DNA from: Candidatus Staskawiczbacteria bacterium RIFOXYC1_FULL_38_18 | GTDB lineage: Bacteria; Patescibacteriota; Minisyncoccia; Minisyncoccales; Staskawiczbacteraceae | Assembly (NCBI GenBank): GCA_001822095.1 | Contig: MHPP01000024.1 | Span: forward strand, 1 to 48,961 | Length of the DNA stretch: 48,961 nucleotides | Direction of reading: 5' to 3' | Shown here: positions 1-8,194 of the stretch, piece by piece | Layout: each line of letters begins with the position of its first letter | Numbering within the stretch: position 1 is the first letter of the stretch | The notes under the pieces: model-generated | The model's database searches: none | What the model saw: only the letters and a program-made list of their open reading frames with translations | Told to the model about the DNA's origin: nothing | Program-made: the position numbers and the translations under genes

Positions 1-425
1 AAATATGCGTTTAATTTGGCTCTTGTCAAAGGACCAACCTGGTTTGCAGGTACAAATCCTTGCTGTGCCTGGTAAACTTTAACAGCTGCTAAGGTTTTTG
101 AACCAAAGTAGGATGTTTCAGCTCCAGGTGAGCCTGCTCCTGTTGCGCTAACTTGGGTTGAAGATGACTGGTTCAAGATTGTTTGCAAACATTTTACATC
201 TGAACCTGTGGCCCCAACTGTCAAGTTGCGGGTAAATGTAACTCCGGCGCAATTGGCAAGTGAAGAACCGCCAGTTGAAGCGCCTTGAAGCGCATTTAAT
301 TGAGCGGACAATTGGGCAATTTGCGCCAAAAGTTCGTCAATCGTTACCGCTTGAACGCTAGGAGCAACTACTGCAACCAAAGTCAAAGCGACCAAGGTTG
401 TTATAATTGTTCTTTTTATACTCAT
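1..425 (-). CDS. secreted peptidoglycan-binding-domain protein, partial (C-terminus runs off the left edge)
   Basis: Not in the ORF track because it is open at the window edge. Reverse-strand translation from ATG 425-423 gives MSIKRTIITTLVALTLVAVVAPSVQA (signal peptide), then CAGVTFTRNLTVGATGSDVKCLQTILNQ...YFGSKTLAAVKVYQAQQGF, a PG_binding_1-like pattern. Confidence 0.7.
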   Translation of the reverse strand, partial: MSIKRTIITTLVALTLVAVVAPSVQAVTIDELLAQIAQLSAQLNALQGASTGGSSLANCAGVTFTRNLTVGATGSDVKCLQTILNQSSSTQVSATGAGSPGAETSYFGSKTLAAVKVYQAQQGFVPANQVGPLTRAKLNAY

Positions 426-567
426 TTTTGTGTTTTTTTTGTTTATCCCTCGTTAAAGGGATATATTAAATTTATTAGTTTTATTTCTCGCCTGTCGACC
501 TTATCGTTCACGGCTTTACGTACTAACCACGAACAATGGCTCGTCAAATATTATGTTTAAAAGATAA

Positions 568-595
568 AGTATACGTAAATACTCTATCTCGTCAA
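568..595 (-). promoter_or_regulatory. sigma70-like promoter candidate for the PG-binding protein gene (TTGACG-16-TATACT)
   Basis: Minus strand reads TTGACG (595-590), 16-nt spacer, TATACT (573-568). The 10-mer ATTTGACGAG recurs 48 nt downstream (549-540). Confidence 0.4.
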
Positions 596-620
596 ATGTT
601 TTGTAGTCGTAGACTATAAA

Positions 621-1325
621 TTAATTACTTATTGCCAACAACTCTTCCAGCGCCTGTGAATATTTCCCTGCGTCATACAATTCTTTTGCTCCTGCCAATG
701 TTTCTTTTTGCTCTTCTGTGAGTGTTGCTTTTTCTAAGTCTGCAATCTGGCTAATAACAACTGCTTGATACAAATCTTTTACATCCTGATTTTCGCTCAA
801 ATCTGTTCCTGCCACACTGGCTAATGTTTTTAAAGTTGTTGCAATTTCTTTTATTGCCACAGGATCTTGCACAGGATTATCTTTCAGGTTTTTTGCCAAT
901 TCCGATGCATTAGCTTTAATTTCCACAATCACAGAAGGAATGCTTTCTTTTCTTCCGTCTTTGGCAACTTGGGCCAAATCATTTACTCTGTTGCTCAAAT
1001 TGGCTATTTCTTTGTTTAAAGTTGTTTGGCCGGTCAAATTTGCTTGCGATTGTTCTGCTATTTTTTTAATTGGAAAAAGCGCGTCTCCCGGCACCGTATA
1101 CTGCGCAAATCCCAAAACCCCAACAATCATAATCAAAAGAGTTGCAAAAGCATAAGCTATTTGCCGTTGATAGAATATAGACGATATAACGTCCATAATA
1201 CTTACAGTTTTGGCGGGTTTGGCCAATATTTGCGACTTAAGCAAAGAAGCCCACTCCTGTCTGGGTTTGATAATTTTGAGCCCTTTTATCTGCTCAATTA
1301 GTTTTTTTTCGGTTAATTTGGCCAT
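621..1325 (-). CDS. single-pass membrane protein, DUF5667-like; putative anti-sigma partner
   Basis: 234-aa ORF directly downstream of an ECF sigma gene. It has one TM (IAYAFATLLIMIVGVLGFA) followed by PGDALFPIKK and helical repeats. The architecture matches the 6548-7555 paralogue. Confidence 0.6.
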   Translation of the reverse strand: MAKLTEKKLIEQIKGLKIIKPRQEWASLLKSQILAKPAKTVSIMDVISSIFYQRQIAYAFATLLIMIVGVLGFAQYTVPGDALFPIKKIAEQSQANLTGQTTLNKEIANLSNRVNDLAQVAKDGRKESIPSVIVEIKANASELAKNLKDNPVQDPVAIKEIATTLKTLASVAGTDLSENQDVKDLYQAVVISQIADLEKATLTEEQKETLAGAKELYDAGKYSQALEELLAISN

Positions 1326-1378
1326 TTTTTGCTTGTTATAATTAAGACGCCCAATAGAGCCGTTTTGTTACAAATTAC

Positions 1379-1888
1379 CTAATTTTCCTGAATAATCCCC
1401 TTCAATTCCTTCAACCCCCTGTGAAGCATAACCCTAACCGTACCAGCCGGCCTGCCCGTTAATTTGGCAATATTCGCAATTGGCATGTCTTCCAAATAAT
1501 GCCATATTATTATGTCCTGGTGCTCTTTTTTAAGCTTTTGTATGGCTGTTTTAACAACATTAATGTCTGCGCTTAAAACCGCTTTATTATACTGGCTTGA
1601 TTCTGTGTCTGCAATTTCTGGCAAAATATCAGAAGAAACAGTCTTTGTCCTACCCTTTTCCCTATAATGGTCAATAACCGCATTGCCCGCTATTTTATAT
1701 AAAAAAGAGCCAATATTGTCTATTTTGCTATCTGGGGCGCTATAAGCCTTCCATGCGCCCAAAAATACCTTAGAGGTAATATCCTCTGCCGTCTCCTCAG
1801 AATTGACCTTCAGGTACACAAATCGGTATATTTTTTCAATATATTGGTCGTAAATCTGGCCAAATTGTTCATTTTGATTCTCCATCAA
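1379..1888 (-). CDS. ECF-type RNA polymerase sigma-70 family factor
   Basis: 169 aa. Region 2 (IYRFVYLKVNSEETAEDITSKVF...IDHYR) and a region 4 HTH (IANIAKLTGRPAGTVRVMLHRG). Confidence 0.85.
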   Translation of the reverse strand: MMENQNEQFGQIYDQYIEKIYRFVYLKVNSEETAEDITSKVFLGAWKAYSAPDSKIDNIGSFLYKIAGNAVIDHYREKGRTKTVSSDILPEIADTESSQYNKAVLSADINVVKTAIQKLKKEHQDIIIWHYLEDMPIANIAKLTGRPAGTVRVMLHRGLKELKGIIQEN

Positions 1889-2007
1889 ATATTGATAATA
1901 TTACTATAAAACTGGCAAAAAGTCAATAATTTTAGGGATATTTTAGATAGGACAATCTATCTTCGCCAAAATGTCCCATCTTATTATTTTTGTCCCACCC
2001 CTTTTAA

Positions 2008-2619
2008 TCAACTCTCCAAAACTTTATTTTCGCTGATTTTATAAAAAACCTCGTTAAATTCGCCCATTCTAATTATTTTGCCTGCTCCCAAAAGCTCGTC
2101 TAGGTCCCTTCTTATTGTTCTTTTTGTGACATCCGGTAAAATTTTCTGTAAATCCATTACCTGCGCTTTTTCATTGCCGGCTAAAAATTCAAGTATTTTT
2201 CTCTGCCTATTGCTAAGCTGGTCTTTTTTGTCATTCCCGTTTCCCGCCTTGGCGCTAGGCAGATCGCCAAGAGAACGAATAGCAAGCGGGCGCAATTCAA
2301 TCTCTTCTTTTATTTTTTTATATTCATTTGAAATTATTAAATAGTTTGTTGAATTTAGCCATCCTTGGCATTTTGCTATCCAAAAATAACCCAAAAGAAT
2401 ATCAACATCTTCTATCACTTGTGTTTTGATTTTATCATTCTGAAACGAAGCCCAGCCTTCAATTCCATCCAGCAAAATAAGGTTTTCCATCAACAACAAA
2501 ACCCTGTCTTTCGCCCTGTTTTTTAAGGGGTCGGATTCCGGAAAAAACTCAATGACTTTGTAAGCGGTATTTGTTAATTTTATAAATCCTTCGTCCATAA
2601 CATTTATCCAAATTAACAA
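2008..2619 (-). CDS. DeoR-type HTH domain protein with helical N-terminal domain
   Basis: C-terminal LSNRQRKILEFLAGNEKAQVMDLQKILPDVTKRTIRRDLDELL is a DeoR-like wHTH. Confidence 0.55.
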   Translation of the reverse strand: MLIWINVMDEGFIKLTNTAYKVIEFFPESDPLKNRAKDRVLLLMENLILLDGIEGWASFQNDKIKTQVIEDVDILLGYFWIAKCQGWLNSTNYLIISNEYKKIKEEIELRPLAIRSLGDLPSAKAGNGNDKKDQLSNRQRKILEFLAGNEKAQVMDLQKILPDVTKRTIRRDLDELLGAGKIIRMGEFNEVFYKISENKVLES

Positions 2620-2713
2620 AATTTAAATAAAAAAACAAGGTGCAAAATACCCTTAATCAAAAATAATACATTTAATAATTATATCTAATTATTTTATTGG
2701 TTTCAACCTGTGG

Positions 2714-2743
2714 ATAAAAAAACTGCTGACACTTGTCAGGCAG
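2714..2743 (-). terminator. intrinsic terminator after GC1
   Basis: Stem ctgctga/tcag(g)cag (2723-2743) followed on the minus strand by a T7 run (A-run 2716-2722). It begins right after the TAG at 2746-2748. Confidence 0.55.
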
Positions 2744-2745
2744 TA

Positions 2746-3012
2746 CTACTTGTTAATTCTTTCCAGCAAAAGCTGTATTTCCCGATGGCCCTTTGCTATT
2801 CTTGCTTTGCTCAGCTTCCATACGGTAAATACGCAAGCGATGCTCAAAGGAAACCCTGTCGCAAAAACGATGACGAGGTAGTTGCTATACCCCAAAATGA
2901 CTGTTGCTGTAATGGTTAACAGCCAAAAGTTCAGACAAATAACCACTGCTTGTTGGACAGCCCTCCTGACCCTGTGGTTGTTTGTTATCCTAGGATGAAA
3001 TGTAATGCGCAT
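2746..3012 (-). CDS. GC1: small hypothetical membrane protein (GC-rich cassette)
   Basis: Internal ATG of track ORF 2746-3084. The product MRITFHPRITNNHRV...VVICLNFWLLTITATVILGYSNYLVIVFATGFPLSIACVF has two TM segments. AAGGGGG lies upstream, and the unit has its own terminator. It is GC-richer than rlmN. Confidence 0.35.
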   Translation of the reverse strand: MRITFHPRITNNHRVRRAVQQAVVICLNFWLLTITATVILGYSNYLVIVFATGFPLSIACVFTVWKLSKARIAKGHREIQLLLERINK

Positions 3013-3056
3013 AACCCCCTTCTTCCTACAAAATGGTAAAGGACGATACATTATTA

Positions 3057-3084
3057 ATGCTATGCTTTGCCATATGAATGTCAA
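3057..3084 (-). promoter_or_regulatory. weak promoter candidate for GC1 (TTGACA-16-TAGCAT)
   Basis: The -35 TTGACA (3084-3079) overlaps the rlmN stop codon. The -10 is poor. Confidence 0.3.
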
Positions 3085-4097
3085 GCTTTTTTACTCTCTG
3101 TGGCAAACTGCCCGCAAGCTGCTTTTATGTCGTCCCCAAACCGATATCTTTGTACAAAATTTATGTTTTCTTTTTCAAGTAGTTTTTTAAAAGCCCCGAC
3201 TCTTTTTGTTTCAGATGGCTCAAACGAGCCGGTCTTGTTGTAAAGTATTAAATTCACAAAATATAGTTTTTTTCGCATCAATTTAGCAAGTTGAACAGCA
3301 CACTCATCAGAATCATTAACATTTTTGATTAAAACATATTCAAACATTACTTTTCTTTTTGTTTTTTTAATATATTCGTCAACTGATTTTAAAATATTTT
3401 TTAGAGAATATGTTTTATTCACAGGCATTAATTCTGTTCTTAGTTTATCGCTTGGCGCGTGCAAAGAAATGGCCAAGTTAAGCTGGAGTCCCTCTTCACT
3501 AAATTTTTTTATTCCCTCAACAATTCCGCAAGTTGAAACAGAAATTGACCTTGCTCCAATATTAAAAAAATCCTTATTATTTAAAATTTTTATTGACTGC
3601 ATTACATTATCGTAATTCAAAAACGGCTCCCCCATTCCCATGAACGTCACGTTCGTGACGTAATTTTTAATTTTAAATTTTAAATTTTTAATATATCTGT
3701 CAAAAAAAATCACCTGTTCTAAAATTTCGCTTGCTGTTAGATTTCTGACAAAACCCATTTTTCCCGTAGCGCAAAATGCGCAATTCATGGGGCATCCCAC
3801 CTGTGAAGAAACGCAAACCGTGTTTCTTCCATCTGCATGCCTCATTAAAACAGATTCTATTTCCAGCCCGTCAAATAATTTTATTTTAGCTTTTATACTA
3901 TTTTTATCTTTTGCCACTAAAATATCCGCTTTAATATCCAACGGGCACTCTTTATTTAATTTATCGCGCAAATCTTTTGTAAAAAAAGTTGCCTCATTCC
4001 AGTCAGAAATGAAGTTTTTAAAAACCGCCTCATTTGCCTGTTTTAAGCGGTATTTCGGCTTGTTTTCAAGTATTTTTTCCAGTTTTGTTATGTCCAT
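3081..4097 (-). CDS. rlmN: 23S rRNA/tRNA adenine-C2 methyltransferase RlmN (radical SAM)
   Basis: 338 aa. Radical-SAM cluster GCPMNCAFCATG, GMGEP motif, and C-terminal conserved Cys (AACGQ). Confidence 0.9.
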   Translation of the reverse strand: MDITKLEKILENKPKYRLKQANEAVFKNFISDWNEATFFTKDLRDKLNKECPLDIKADILVAKDKNSIKAKIKLFDGLEIESVLMRHADGRNTVCVSSQVGCPMNCAFCATGKMGFVRNLTASEILEQVIFFDRYIKNLKFKIKNYVTNVTFMGMGEPFLNYDNVMQSIKILNNKDFFNIGARSISVSTCGIVEGIKKFSEEGLQLNLAISLHAPSDKLRTELMPVNKTYSLKNILKSVDEYIKKTKRKVMFEYVLIKNVNDSDECAVQLAKLMRKKLYFVNLILYNKTGSFEPSETKRVGAFKKLLEKENINFVQRYRFGDDIKAACGQFATESKKA

Positions 4098-4150
4098 TAA
4101 ATTGTTTATAGCCTTTTTTCTTGTTTTATGCCTGCCTGCCGGCTGGCAGG

Positions 4151-4182
4151 CAAAAAAATAAGCGACAGCTGGAGACTGTCGC
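4151..4182 (-). terminator. intrinsic terminator after GC2
   Basis: Stem gcgacag(4162-68)/ctgtcgc(4176-82) followed on the minus strand by T7 (4152-58). A second hairpin gcctgcc-ggct-ggcaggc sits at 4134-4151. Confidence 0.65.
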
Positions 4183-4199
4183 CTTTGGTGTGCTTCTGC

Positions 4200-4499
4200 C
4201 TACGACTGAGTCAAATGGCTATAGTTTTGACGGGTTGCCACCATCAGGAGAAACTCCAGTCTCCGGGCCCCGCCAATCTTAAAGTCGTTGTTACAGCCCT
4301 CCCACAGCTGACCTATTGCGGTAGATGCTGGGGACGAAAAACGAGCTTGAGCCCCGCTTGCAAGTGGGCAAAATGCAAGCGTTACTCCAGTCGTCAATTT
4401 TTTTCTGACCGGCAGAAGGACCCAAAAGCCCCACGCCAAAACCAGAACAGAAAAGAACAACGGGTTGGCTCCAATGAGCCAAACATCTTGCTGGCTCAT
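4200..4499 (-). CDS. GC2: hypothetical small membrane protein (GC-rich cassette)
   Basis: 99 aa with an N-terminal TM (NPLFFSVLVLAWGFWVLL). GGGAGG at 4505-4510 lies 5 nt before the ATG. The unit has its own promoter and terminator on the minus strand. Confidence 0.55.
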   Translation of the reverse strand: MSQQDVWLIGANPLFFSVLVLAWGFWVLLPVRKKLTTGVTLAFCPLASGAQARFSSPASTAIGQLWEGCNNDFKIGGARRLEFLLMVATRQNYSHLTQS

Positions 4500-4542
4500 T
4501 TTTGCCTCCCTTCAAGTTTCAGTTCAGAAACCAGATATTCTT

Positions 4543-4570
4543 ATTATATACAAAATTAATTCTGTGTCAA
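4543..4570 (-). promoter_or_regulatory. consensus sigma70 promoter for GC2 (TTGACA-16-TATAAT)
   Basis: TTGACA at 4570-4565 lies inside the 3-prime end of the LTD gene. TATAAT is at 4548-4543. Confidence 0.6.
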
Positions 4571-5848
4571 TATTTCATTTTCTTTTCCGGGCGTAGGAGT
4601 GCTCAATTTAAAATCCACAGAATTATCATCCGTGTCTTTATATGTTTGGCTTTCTCCATCAAATACTCTGCCAATACTCTGGCCGTCTTCCGGATTAGTT
4701 AAAAATGACGCAGTTTCAAAATCTTGCGCCAGCCCAAAACCAACTTTATCGGAAATTTCTCGGTTTGGATTTTTAAACGCGAAAGAGTTATCTGGCGTGA
4801 TTGATAGTATCGTAAAAATATCATTTGAGCCTACATAATAGCTATCCCTCGAAATCATAAAGTAATCATTTGAACCTATAATTTTTCCAGCAAAATTGGG
4901 TGAAGACACGCACGAGCTCCACAAGTCATCCATGCTTGCGGATTTAGTCTTTCTTTGCAAATACCAGCCAGTTAAACTTACCTGCTTATCGGTCGGATTA
5001 TATAATTCAATAAATCTTTTTCCTATCGGGCTTATCTGTATTTCAGAAATTAAAATTTTTGGATAAACAACTGGCGCGGGACTGTTGCTACCCCCGCCGC
5101 TTCCTCCACCGGTTGATGTAACGTTCGCAGTTAAGGCGGTAGCCGAAATTTCTCCGTTTGGATTTTTTAAAACTAAGGAATTACTTTCAGATAAGATTAA
5201 GTCGGGCAGTAAAATATTAGCGTTAAAATTTTCTCTGGCAATCAAAAAATAGCTATGAGCGTAAATTGTTTTATTTTCAAAATTGGTCGAAGACACGCAC
5301 GAGCTCCAAGAATCCGCGTTTTGTGTTTTTCTTTGCAAATACCAGCCGGTCAGACTCACAGAAAAATCGTTTGGATTAAAAAGTTTTATGAATCTTTGAC
5401 TAATGGGGCTTGCCAAAGTTTCTGAAATTAAAATTTCAGGATAAGTTACAGCCTGCTTGTTTTTGTCTTGTTCTTGTTCTTGTTCTTGTTCTTGTTCTTT
5501 TTCATCTTCTTCGTCTTCTTTTTCTTCCTCCTTCATTTCTTCATATTCTAACTGGTTTTGTTCTTCTAATAAATCGCTTATTTGCCTGTTTATAAGGTCA
5601 ATTTTTTCTTTTAGGTCGTCTATTAAGTTTTGTTTTTCTTCATCTGCTAAAACCACTTTCCCTTCTTCTGTCGCAGGCGGGTCTAGAGATAATAAAGCAT
5701 CAAAAATTGGGGTGTTTTGTTTTTCAAGAATATCTAACTGGTTTAAACTTGCTGTAAAACTTTTTGAGTCAAAAAATCCGGCGGAAAACAAAACAACAAA
5801 AGCCGGCAAAAATAAAAAAAGCCATCTTAAAATAACCCGCCCTAACAT
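4556..5848 (-). CDS. membrane-anchored protein with two lamin-tail domains (LTD) and an acidic coiled-coil linker
   Basis: 430 aa with an N-terminal TM. Two copies of the pattern YP(E/K)ILISE..SPI..RFI.L.NP.D..VSLTGWYLQRKT...WSSCVSS, characteristic of the LTD. Confidence 0.75.
   Translation of the reverse strand: MLGRVILRWLFLFLPAFVVLFSAGFFDSKSFTASLNQLDILEKQNTPIFDALLSLDPPATEEGKVVLADEEKQNLIDDLKEKIDLINRQISDLLEEQNQLEYEEMKEEEKEDEEDEKEQEQEQEQEQDKNKQAVTYPEILISETLASPISQRFIKLFNPNDFSVSLTGWYLQRKTQNADSWSSCVSSTNFENKTIYAHSYFLIARENFNANILLPDLILSESNSLVLKNPNGEISATALTANVTSTGGGSGGGSNSPAPVVYPKILISEIQISPIGKRFIELYNPTDKQVSLTGWYLQRKTKSASMDDLWSSCVSSPNFAGKIIGSNDYFMISRDSYYVGSNDIFTILSITPDNSFAFKNPNREISDKVGFGLAQDFETASFLTNPEDGQSIGRVFDGESQTYKDTDDNSVDFKLSTPTPGKENEILTQN
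5467..5496 (-). repeat. perfect hexanucleotide tandem repeat (CTTGTT)x5 inside the LTD gene, encoding (EQ)5
   Basis: Read directly from the sequence: cttgtt x5, with degenerate copies on both sides. Confidence 0.9.
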
Positions 5849-5879
5849 TTTTACATCTTTAATTATTATATTCTACCAT

Positions 5880-5906
5880 AAAAAAAGAAGCCCGAAGCTC
5901 CCGGGC
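5880..5906 (-). terminator. intrinsic terminator after GC3
   Basis: Minus strand reads gcccg-ggagctt-cgggc followed by TTCTTTTTTT. Confidence 0.55.
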
Positions 5907-5933
5907 ATAACTGAACAACAAAGAACAAAACGG

Positions 5934-6467
5934 CTAAGCACAACCGACAGCAGACAGAAGTTCATCGGGAAGCGAAGCCGATAAAATCGCGCAGGACGGC
6001 TTTCTCAACGGCGGAGGCGTGAAACTACAAACCTCTTGAACGTACTCCATTCTCTGGCAAGTCCAGACCTCAAAAAGTAACTCATGCCATGGCTCGGGCA
6101 GGAAAAGGACTCTTGAAATGCTATCGCATGGATTCGGGCTAAACTTAGGTTTTCCCTTTGCGTGCGAATTATACGCCACAGCCCTAAAGCAGTTTCTCCC
6201 CTCTGTGAGCTCGGAGAATAACCCGTCCAAGCTTTTAATTCCCGAAAACCCAATGTCGGCCCAGCTAACATGGATTTCCCTACCTTTTGGCAAAAAGGGC
6301 GTAAAAACAATTCCCCTTTTCCAAGGACTAAGCCTGACACATGTTTCAAGTTTTTTTTCAGCCCCATTAAGAGCAAACCTTGCCTTCAGAAAGACCACTG
6401 CTGTTTCAATCAACTTTGGCAGAGGTATCAGGTTTTGCCTGATTACTTCCAGTTCAGTGGCATTCAT
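5934..6467 (-). CDS. GC3: hypothetical protein (GC-rich cassette)
   Basis: 177 aa. GGAG (6476-79) lies 8 nt before the ATG, and a minus-strand terminator follows. Competing frames 6005-6376(-) and 6118-6474(+) lack such signals. Confidence 0.55.
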   Translation of the reverse strand: MNATELEVIRQNLIPLPKLIETAVVFLKARFALNGAEKKLETCVRLSPWKRGIVFTPFLPKGREIHVSWADIGFSGIKSLDGLFSELTEGRNCFRAVAYNSHAKGKPKFSPNPCDSISRVLFLPEPWHELLFEVWTCQRMEYVQEVCSFTPPPLRKPSCAILSASLPDELLSAVGCA

Positions 6468-6547
6468 GTTTTAAACTCCGTTGGGTTGTAGTGTCCGATA
6501 GCTGTAATTAAAAAGTATTATAAAATAATAAATTATTTATTAAAAAC

Positions 6548-7555
6548 CTATCGAGTTTTTATTTTAAGCAAAAGTTTTGATTCCCGTGCAGTTGTTAATG
6601 CTTGTTGAAATAGAAAAATTGCCCCCCTGTAATCTTTAATATCACCGCTCATTTTAATTGTTCCCTCGACTATCTTTTGTTCGGCTTTTTCTAAATTCTT
6701 CTGAACTTTTAAAACAACCTCATTCTTAATTTTTCCTTTGTCCGCTTCAATCAATTTATTAACTTCATTAATTGCATTTTGAGCCGATTGCAATCTATTT
6801 TGAGCTATTTTTTCCAGCGCAACCGACTTTTCCGGCTGATTTTCGCCTGTTGTATTGTTTTCATTTTCCACGCTGTTTACAGAGATTGCCCCCGAATTAA
6901 AGGCCTCCTTGCTTGCATTGTCAACTTCAATTATTAAAGAATCCATTTGCTCTGTGGTTTCTTCTCCGCCCAAAGCAGATCCGCCTATGGCGGACAAAAC
7001 TGCGCTATGAGCTTTTAGGGTTGCTTCAAAACTGGAGGCAATTTTTGCCGCAGCGTTATACATTTTTGCGTTGTTTAACTTTTCAATGCTTTTTACCACC
7101 TTATCAACCCTTGCATTAAAATTATTGTTTATTCTTATTTGAATACCCGGCAAAAGTTTCCCTTCAACCGCCAGCTGTTCGGCTTCCTGCAATCTAACTT
7201 CGGCCAACTGTATATTCAAGTCTGTTTTTGCTTCGTCGGAAAACGCCAAAACTTGCAAAACGTTTTCATTCACCCCCACTTTTACCGGGTATAAAATGTC
7301 TCCCGGAAGAGCGGCATTGGCCTGCACACTCACAACTCCTCCGGTGCACAAAACTACTGCCAAAGCTGAAACAAAAATATAAACTGGCTTTAACCTTGGC
7401 GAGAACACGGTGCCCCAAAAAGTCCTCTTTTGCGCAGGCAGAGAGTTCTCTTTCATAAAGACCAAAACAGCCTCTTTAATAGAATTTTTCTTTTCCTTTT
7501 CCAGTTTTACTTGTTTTGCTTTCCCAAAAAGTTTTTTTATTGGATTATCAAACAT
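6548..7555 (-). CDS. DUF5667-like single-pass membrane protein; putative anti-sigma partner
   Basis: 335 aa. One TM followed by LPGDILYPVKVGVNE...LAEVRLQEAEQL. There is a 1-nt gap to the upstream sigma gene. Confidence 0.6.
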   Translation of the reverse strand: MFDNPIKKLFGKAKQVKLEKEKKNSIKEAVLVFMKENSLPAQKRTFWGTVFSPRLKPVYIFVSALAVVLCTGGVVSVQANAALPGDILYPVKVGVNENVLQVLAFSDEAKTDLNIQLAEVRLQEAEQLAVEGKLLPGIQIRINNNFNARVDKVVKSIEKLNNAKMYNAAAKIASSFEATLKAHSAVLSAIGGSALGGEETTEQMDSLIIEVDNASKEAFNSGAISVNSVENENNTTGENQPEKSVALEKIAQNRLQSAQNAINEVNKLIEADKGKIKNEVVLKVQKNLEKAEQKIVEGTIKMSGDIKDYRGAIFLFQQALTTARESKLLLKIKTR

Positions 7556-7556
7556 T

Positions 7557-8075
7557 TTATTTATACTTTTCTTTTACTATTTCCCTGAATTTGCTCATAC
7601 CCTGATTTAGTCTTACGGATATGGCGTTTGCTGTTTCGCCTAAAATATCGGCAATTTCAGCAGGCAACAATTCGTTTACGTATCTCATTGTTATCACCTG
7701 TCTTTGGTTTTCGGGCAATTTTTCAAGCAATTTCATGAGCTCATCTGCCTCAAACTTATTAAAAATATTGCCCTCCACACTATTAAGACGTATTGACTCC
7801 CTTGGCTCTTTTTCATTCATATCATCCAAATAAATATCTTTTCTTTTTCTGCTGTGATCAATTATCAGGTTTACGGCCACCTTATATAAGAAGGACTTCG
7901 TGTTTTTAATTTCCTGTCCTGCTACAATATACTTCCAGGTTTTAATAAAAGTTTCTTGCGTCAAATCCTCCGCCAGTTCTTTATTGTACACCCTAAAATA
8001 GCAATGGCGATAAATATCGTTTGCATATTTTTCATAGGCAGACAAAAATTCTTTTTCACGTTTATCTTTAAACAT
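7557..8075 (-). CDS. ECF-type RNA polymerase sigma-70 family factor
   Basis: 172 aa. Region 2 (IYRHCYFRVYNKELAEDLTQETF...IDHSR) and region 4 (LPAEIADILGETANAISVRLNQG). Confidence 0.85.
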   Translation of the reverse strand: MFKDKREKEFLSAYEKYANDIYRHCYFRVYNKELAEDLTQETFIKTWKYIVAGQEIKNTKSFLYKVAVNLIIDHSRKRKDIYLDDMNEKEPRESIRLNSVEGNIFNKFEADELMKLLEKLPENQRQVITMRYVNELLPAEIADILGETANAISVRLNQGMSKFREIVKEKYK

Positions 8076-8194
8076 TTAACTTGATTAAAACACAAAAAAA
8101 CAAAAACATAAAGGGCAAAAGAGTTGGTGTTTTGCTTCGTCTTATAGGGTGTAAGGTCGGCAAAAATAAATTTATACTATTAATTATAAAAACT

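Noticed and set aside
4128-4559. Plus-strand 143-aa ORF, and minus-strand 74-aa ORF 4291-4515, overlapping GC2.
   Set aside because: The promoter, GGGAGG SD and terminator all support the 4200-4499 minus frame. The plus ORF begins inside the terminator hairpins.
5456-5500. Short regular repeat that could be mistaken for a CRISPR or minisatellite.
   Set aside because: The unit is only 6 nt, with no spacers, and lies in frame within a CDS, encoding (EQ)n. It is a coding microsatellite, not a CRISPR array. No CRISPR-like repeat-spacer structure was seen anywhere in the window.
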